Below the pieces are notes generated by a model that saw nothing but the letters and a program-made list of their open reading frames with translations, did no database searches and was not told the origin of the DNA. Below are positions 15,108 to 27,195 of a stretch of 27,195 nt of DNA, one piece after another (the first letter of the stretch is position 1; each line of letters begins with the position of its first letter). Source of the DNA: Salpingoeca rosetta. Its lineage: Eukaryota; Protista; Choanoflagellata. The stretch is taken from positions 1,160,630 to 1,187,824 of the forward strand of contig JAWQFM010000006.1 in assembly GCA_033442325.1 (NCBI GenBank). The letters are read 5' to 3'. Made by a program: the position numbers and the translations under genes.

Positions 15108-15445
15108 CACACGCACACACGTGCCACCACGTTTTCTCACACACATACATCACACACACACACGCACACACGTGCCACCACGTTTTCTCACACACATACA
15201 TCACACACTCCCGCACATTTGCTCCTGCAATGCATCAGGGCTTTCTCTGTGTGTTCTCCTTGACAGAGACGAAGACGTTTGAGGACATGGAAGACTTTCG
15301 GGAACAAATTCTGCGTGTCCATGACACGGACTCCATGCCCATTGTTCTTGTGGGCAACAAGTCTGACATTGAAGACTCAAGACAAGTCAGCAAACAACAA
15401 GCTGAACAGCTCGCGCAATCGGTCAGCTCCCTTCCTTTGTGTGTG

Positions 15446-15485
<40 letters not shown>

Positions 15486-15829
15486 CATTCTACACGGCTC
15501 TACCTCTCAACACAGCTGGGGGTGCGTCTGTGTTGCGTGGCTATGGCCAAGCTGTGTGCACTGCCTTACCTCAGTCAGATAATGCTCCACGCTTGCGATT
15601 CTGTACACCGCTGACGACCAATCTGCGTGTGCTTGCACGTCTGATGTGCATGCAGTGGGGCGTCCAGTACTTTGAGACGTCTGCCAAGCTGCGCACGAAC
15701 ATTGATGAGGCGTTCCAAGCACTTGCGCGTGCTGTTCGTGACCGCAAAAACGCCGGCATTGGCAAGCGGGTACGGCCGACCAAAGGCGGCAAGACTGGCA
15801 AGCGCCGGGGCAAGTGCACTCTCCTGTGA
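14168..15829 (+). CDS. RALA: Ras-like GTPase Ral, 194 aa, polybasic tail plus CTLL geranylgeranylation motif
   Basis: Exons 14168-14350, 14998-15042, 15239-15421, 15656-15829 (585 nt). G1 GDGGVGKS, Ral-type switch [36 protein letters not shown]. Confidence 0.95.
14393..14560. repeat. (GT)n microsatellite running into a 100-N assembly gap (14461-14560)
   Basis: Direct reading; Ral intron 1. Confidence 0.9.
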
Positions 15830-15898
15830 TGTGATGTGATGTGATGTAATGTGATGTGACGTGATGTAATGTGATGTGACGTGATGTGACGTGACGTG
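15826..15898 (+). repeat. (GTGAT/GTAAT/GTGAC)n pentanucleotide repeat starting at the Ral stop codon
   Basis: Direct reading. Confidence 0.9.
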
Positions 15899-16034
15899 GC
15901 GATCGATAAGGCGCAGCAGAACCCAGGCGGCATGCACGGCAGATAGCGAGACACGTGTGTATGTACGAGAGCGCGAGCAATGTGGGTGGCGTTTGCTTTG
16001 GTGTTGGTTGTGATCGCGACAACTTGAAGCCCAA

Positions 16035-16107
<73 letters not shown>

Positions 16108-16520
16108 CCTGTGTGGCTATGTTACCATGCCTTGGCGGTGACTGCGTCTGGAATATGTAATGGCTGCGGCCAACCATCCCATATTGCGCCAGTTTTTGCA
16201 CCGTGGGCCCGCGTGCGCATGAGAGTCTGAAGAAGTGGAGAAGTGTTGCTGTTCCGTCGCTTTCATCGCTTGCTTGCTTGTGGCGTGTGAATGTGAATGT
16301 GTGTGTGCGTGTGTGTGTTTCACTTGTTGTTAATGCACGCAGCTGTATCGTGCAGAAGGTGTTATCGGAGCTTGTTGTTTCTTTTCAGCAAGTGGTGTGT
16401 ATTCCAAAGGATGAGAGAAAGGAACTTCAGTAAACAAAAGCGAATCAACTGGGAACGTTGGGTTATGACAGGGCAGAGAAGATGATGACAAAGCGTCAAA
16501 CATGCAACCAACAGCGCGCG

Positions 16521-16621
<101 letters not shown>

Positions 16622-16720
16622 GCAGCCACGAACAAGGCTTGTGACACAGTTTACACCTGTTTTGTGCGCTTGGGAAAACAACATTGCGATAGCAGTGGAC
16701 AACTCAAGGGCAAAGGCACA

Positions 16721-18003
16721 TTAGTAGTCTTGCACGGCCTCTTCATCATAGACAGCAAGGAGGTTGATGCGGAAGGTGGCCATCGGATGCTCAAACAGTT
16801 TCTGCCATTCAAAACAGAAACACAGGGGAGACCAGTGTGTGTGTGTGCGTGAGACAGACAGCACAACATTCCCCATAAAGTGAAACAAAACGAGAACCGC
16901 AGTAGCAGTCAAACAAGAAGAACAACAACCGAAACAGCTTAAACAACAACCCTGTCAACAGCTACAACACAAACGACAACGTCTGCTCAACGGGAACAAC
17001 TTTGAGACAAACCATCCCTTAGACATAGCCATACCAACCTCCTACAACACCTGACACAGCTCACTGAAACAACCCAACGAACACTCGACGACACCACCAC
17101 CACCATCGCCGCCGCCATTGACAGAAAACAAATCATGACATGACAGAGCGTACAAGACCACGCACCAGGAGCCGGGCTTGTTCTGGGCTGAGGGTGACGC
17201 CTTTCTCGCAGATGGTGTAGTCCTTCTCCAGCGTGACGATGCCACGCTTGAGGCTGGTGGGAAGACCAAGCTTTCGCAGCTGCGGCTCCAGCGCGTGTGA
17301 GAACTGGGGCAGGGGCCCAGCCATCAGCCGCACAGCCTGTGTCGACGGGTTGCCTGCTCTCGCGTAGTCCTTGACTTCGTATGTCTTAAACCACCTGCAA
17401 CAAGTAAACCACACGCAACCACAACCCAAAAACACACGGATGCACGGGCACGTGAGCAGACGACGCTTTTGGATGTCAACACAGAGGACAGCTGCCATGA
17501 GTGCAGGCACAGGGGAGTGGACTGGGCACAGCAAGTGCTTTGCACCAGTCGGAGCAGCACGTTACATTGCACGTGGTGACAACAGGTTGTGTGTGTGTGT
17601 GTGTAAACGTACTTTTCCACATCCTCGCGGGGCCTGTTTGTGAAGAGCACACCGACGTTGCCGGACAGCCGCTGTCATGTATGTACGCACGTGTGGATCA
17701 GATCAAACACAGCAGTCGAAAATCAAAGCGAGGTTGTGATGCGGTGTGGGCGTGAGATGCAAGGTTGAGCTGAGTCATGGTAAGTAGGACGACAACACAA
17801 AGCAAAACAAGACACCAAACACGCAAGCGCGTGCATGTACACGCATATGAAGGCCCAAATCAGGAAGCGCAGGTGGGCGCACAGATTCACACGACGTACA
17901 ACAACACAACGCGTCGCAAGCCAGCGCGTTACAAGACAACACACCACGCCACATAACAGCGATCGCAGCCAAGATCATGAACACAGACCACACAGTGTCC
18001 CAT

Positions 18004-18083
<80 letters not shown>

Positions 18084-18363
18084 TGCTGATCTCGTGCATG
18101 TTTGTGCGGTACTCTGACTCTGGATCGAGGCCAAAAGCGATGCTCATGACTTTGTTCTTGCCAAAGAAGAAGCGGGAATCACGCCACCCTGTGCGCACCT
18201 CCTTGAGCTTGGCGTTCCTCATGTTCTCCACGGAGAAGATGAACACCCGTGCAAACTCATCGCACGCATCATGTATTTGCTGCACAAGCGCCTTCTTGGT
18301 CTGCAACCCTTTCCTATCGGTCTGTGTCAGCGACACCACCTTTGCGCGCTTTGACTTGGGCAT
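16721..18363 (-). CDS. MRTO4: Ribosome assembly factor Mrt4 (mRNA turnover 4, uL10/P0 paralogue), 216 aa
   Basis: Exons 18363-18082, 17671-17613, 17394-17166, 16801-16721 (651 nt). [67 protein letters not shown]. Confidence 0.95.
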
Positions 18364-18721
18364 GTGTGCGGTGTTGTTTGTGACGTGTGTATCTGCTTGC
18401 TTGCTTGTGCTGCGTGTGTTGTGGTTGTGTGTGGGAGTTGATTGAGAATGCACGTGGGCGCTTGCTTGCTGTGAGTTTGGTGGTACTACTATTTATGGTG
18501 TCCGAAATTATCGAGGGTACAGTACACAACATCAAAAGCTGGTGTGAAAAGGCGAGCATCGCAACTTTTTGGCTCCTGCTGCTGCTGCAGCTGGTTCCTC
18601 GCATCATGTCATCATGTCATCACTCCCACTGTCATGTCACAACAGCACACATCAACAAACGCCCATCAGGTGTCACAACATACATTGACACACAAGGCAA
18701 TCGCTCATTTCTTTCACCACA

Positions 18722-23852
<5,131 letters not shown>

Positions 23853-24560
23853 GACAAAGGTGGAAGAGCAAAGGTGGGAAAACCCAAGGGCGCGAAGCTA
23901 CACCACAAAGCTGAAAAGGAAGAACCGACCGCGAGGGGAACGAGTAAATGTCTACCGCGTCAACACGTGAACGTTAGAGGTCGGTGGAGGGGAAGGGAGA
24001 GAAGGGAAGGGGGGAGGGAAGGGGGGGGAGGCGCGATGACAACACGTGCACGAGGCGGTTAGGGTGTGTGTGGATGGTCGTGCGTGGGTGGGCTTTGTTG
24101 TATTTATGAGTGCTTGCGTGAGGAATATGTTGTGAGGGGAAGGGTGCGTGCTTGGTGGTGCGTGGCCGCTGATGAATGAGAGAGATTTGGGGGGAGAGAG
24201 ATTGAGATTGAGCTTGAGCTTGAGAGTGAGAGAGGCGTGTGTTTGCTGTTGGGATGGGAGGCTGTGCACGCTGCTGAGTCTGCAGCAATGCAAGGCACGA
24301 CGAAGATGAAGACAGGTAAGGAGGGCGCTGTGATGAGGCAGGCTCAAGAGTTCGATGAAAAGTGGGATGGATGATTGCTGCGCGACAGCTCCGTCCGTCG
24401 GCCTCTTCGTCTTGCTCGCTCCCACTTTGATCTTGGCTCGTCCAGATGAGGCAGGGAGGGTGCGTCGTGGTCCGTGTCGCGGAGGAGTGGTCGGGGAAAT
24501 GACAGCTACTTCGTTGGCAGCGGCACGCGAACGAACGCTCTGCGCACAAGCGCAACAAAT

Positions 24561-24622
24561 GGCGAAAAGAACACCATATTTTACACTAATTATCGCACGC
24601 CGCGAAATTCAAAATTTTCGCC
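24561..24622. promoter_or_regulatory. E2F-like (CGCGAAA/GGCGAAAA) and CHR-like (TTCAAA = TTTGAA reverse) motif cluster in the divergent RBBP6 / SAP-DCR intergenic region
   Basis: GGCGAAAA 24561-68, CGCGAAA 24601-07, TTCAAA 24608-13, TTTTCGCC 24615-22 in a locally AT-rich patch. Confidence 0.4.
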
Positions 24623-24624
24623 TG

Positions 24625-25308
<684 letters not shown>

Positions 25309-25312
25309 GGTC

Positions 25313-27195
25313 ATGATGCTGAGCGAGGATGCAGTGGATGGACTGCCGCGACGGCAGCTGCAAACACTATGCAAGGAGCGAGGCATCAAGGCCAACAGCA
25401 AGACCGTGAAGCTGGTTGCGGATTTGAAGGCTTGGATTCGCGCCAACCAAGAGGAGCCACAGCAAGAGGAAGGACAAGAACAGAAGGAACCAGGGGATCT
25501 GTCGATGCCCACAAACCCAGAACATCACGAACAGCACAAGCAGCAGCAACAACAAGGACACGCGCAAGATCACAACAGCGAGTGCACGCAACAACACGGC
25601 GCAAGCGCACAAGGCGAAACAGGCAAGAACAACACCGAGCAGCTCCAACACCAGCAACGCCAACACCAGCAAATGCCAGAGCGGCCGCAGCAACAGCAGC
25701 AACTACAAGAACACATGCAGACCCAGAGACAACAAACATCGACAGACAACGACACAACCCACATGCAAGCCGAAGCTGGGTTCTGTGTTGTGCACGGTGG
25801 AGTAACACAGCGGCCACATGTTCGGTTGCGACTGGTCAATGGCTGTGTGATGGTGGGGGACGCCGCCAGCAACACTGGCAGTGGTACCGACATCGGCAGC
25901 AACAGCTGTGCCAGCACGGCAGACGCACAGCTGCTGCGACTGGTGCTGGAACCAGCCATCTTGCTTGCAGGCAAGTCGACCCGCCCAACACATATGCCAG
26001 ACAACATGATCTGCAGTCTGTGCTGCGAGGCCAATGCGAAGAGGCTCCTCCGCCTCACCTCTTGCCCACTTCAGGAGGAAGCCCAGCAACAGCAGCAGCA
26101 CCACCACCAGCACCACCACCACCAGCCCACATTCTCGACACATCCGCACGCACGCGCACAGCATCCAAATGCAGCAGCGCAAACCCACCGGCGGCAGCAC
26201 CAACACCAACAATCAGGTCGACGGGTTGAGTCGCGGTTGCCGAGATTTGACTCACCAGCGCGGCAAGGCTTTGAGCATCACGAGCAACATCCACCAGCTC
26301 ATCCCGCCACAGCAACACGCGCCGCAATTGCTAGGCAGCCGACTAGGAACGCCAGCGAACCGGCAACAACAGCGACGACAACGACAGCGACAAAGACAGC
26401 GACAACGCCAACGACAACAAGCGAAGCAAAACCGACAACAGCAACTGTGACAAGGAGCGGGCGTCCAGGGCGAACGTCGATGAAGAAAACCACGCAACGA
26501 CAGCAGCTGCGGCGACACAAACAGTCCAGGCGCGACAAGGCGCTGGCGGCGCGAGATCGTCGCCGCACCCACATCATCGACCGTATTCGCGACATTCCTG
26601 ACACCAGCAAAGGCAAGGAGAACCAGGAAGCCGCCACGGCCGTCAGCACCAAGGACGCTGTGCTGACCACTCCTCCTCCTCCTCCGAAACACGCCCACCA
26701 GCACCACCAGCAAAGGCGAGCAAGTGGTCATGTCGATCGGTTCCGACGAAAGAGCATGTCTAGGCGGCGCCCGCTCAGCCCCAGGTTCGAGGGTGGTCGC
26801 AGCAGCTTGTGCCCTGACGCTGAAAGCACGCCGTCCCTGCCCGCAAGCCCCGCTGTCCGACGCGAGCGTGGCGAGCGGCTTTCCCTGGGCTGCCTCCGTC
26901 CCCCGAGGCCAGTGCGTGTGAGCAAGGCCGGAGGAGGAGGAGGAGGAGGAGGAGGAGGAGGCTTTGAGGTGAAGGAAGATATCGAGTACGCACGCCGTGT
27001 GGATCAGCTCTTGCGCGCGGGGCTTGCTGAGGAGGAGCTGCTCTCCCTTGCAACACGTGGGGGCCCCAACGCCAAAGTGCAACACAGCCCTCCACGCCGG
27101 GCCACCTTCAGCAGCGAACCAGCCACCGATGAGATGGAAAGCAGCCCCAGCGACGGCGCTGATGTTGACGATGCTGTTGAAACCGGCATGGTGGT
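25313..27195 (+). CDS. SAP-domain protein with DPPA2/4-like DCR domain (partial, open to right edge; absent from ORF track)
   Basis: Stop-free frame of 627 codons from ATG 25313. SAP-like LPRRQLQTLCKERGIKANSKTVKLVADL near the N-terminus; FCVVHG...VRLRLVNGCVMV...LRLVLEPA...PTHMPDNMICSLCCEAN at 25781-26035; KEN at 26615-26623. A cacag acceptor-like site at 25307 and the upstream gap mean an additional 5' exon is possible. Confidence 0.8.
   Translation, partial: MMLSEDAVDGLPRRQLQTLCKERGIKANSKTVKLVADLKAWIRANQEEPQQEEGQEQKEPGDLSMPTNPEHHEQHKQQQQQGHAQDHNSECTQQHGASAQGETGKNNTEQLQHQQRQHQQMPERPQQQQQLQEHMQTQRQQTSTDNDTTHMQAEAGFCVVHGGVTQRPHVRLRLVNGCVMVGDAASNTGSGTDIGSNSCASTADAQLLRLVLEPAILLAGKSTRPTHMPDNMICSLCCEANAKRLLRLTSCPLQEEAQQQQQHHHQHHHHQPTFSTHPHARAQHPNAAAQTHRRQHQHQQSGRRVESRLPRFDSPARQGFEHHEQHPPAHPATATRAAIARQPTRNASEPATTATTTTATKTATTPTTTSEAKPTTATVTRSGRPGRTSMKKTTQRQQLRRHKQSRRDKALAARDRRRTHIIDRIRDIPDTSKGKENQEAATAVSTKDAVLTTPPPPPKHAHQHHQQRRASGHVDRFRRKSMSRRRPLSPRFEGGRSSLCPDAESTPSLPASPAVRRERGERLSLGCLRPPRPVRVSKAGGGGGGGGGGGFEVKEDIEYARRVDQLLRAGLAEEELLSLATRGGPNAKVQHSPPRRATFSSEPATDEMESSPSDGADVDDAVETGMV

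Overview
Eukaryotic, intron-rich, gene-dense window with (CA/GT)n-filled introns, GT-AG splice sites and three assembly gaps (9189-9288, 14461-14560, 24791-25192). The style resembles a choanoflagellate such as Salpingoeca rosetta (inference, not demonstrated). Manual splicing supports eight protein-coding genes: a CDK12/13-like kinase (-, runs off the left edge), a Ser/Pro-rich FAM117/GLCCI1-like candidate (+), a coiled-coil/2xEF-hand/CaaX protein (-), RPS7 (-), a Ral GTPase (+), MRT4 (-), an RBBP6/Mpe1 orthologue (-), and a >627-codon ORF missing from the supplied ORF track (+, 25313 to the right edge). The best lead is that last ORF: it carries a SAP domain plus a domain with the DPPA2/DPPA4 'DCR' signature, a KEN box and an upstream E2F/CHR-like motif cluster. 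The second lead is a ~350-nt highly base-paired island in RBBP6 intron 3 that contains a candidate frame-shifting poison exon. All family comparisons were made from remembered motifs; no searches were run.
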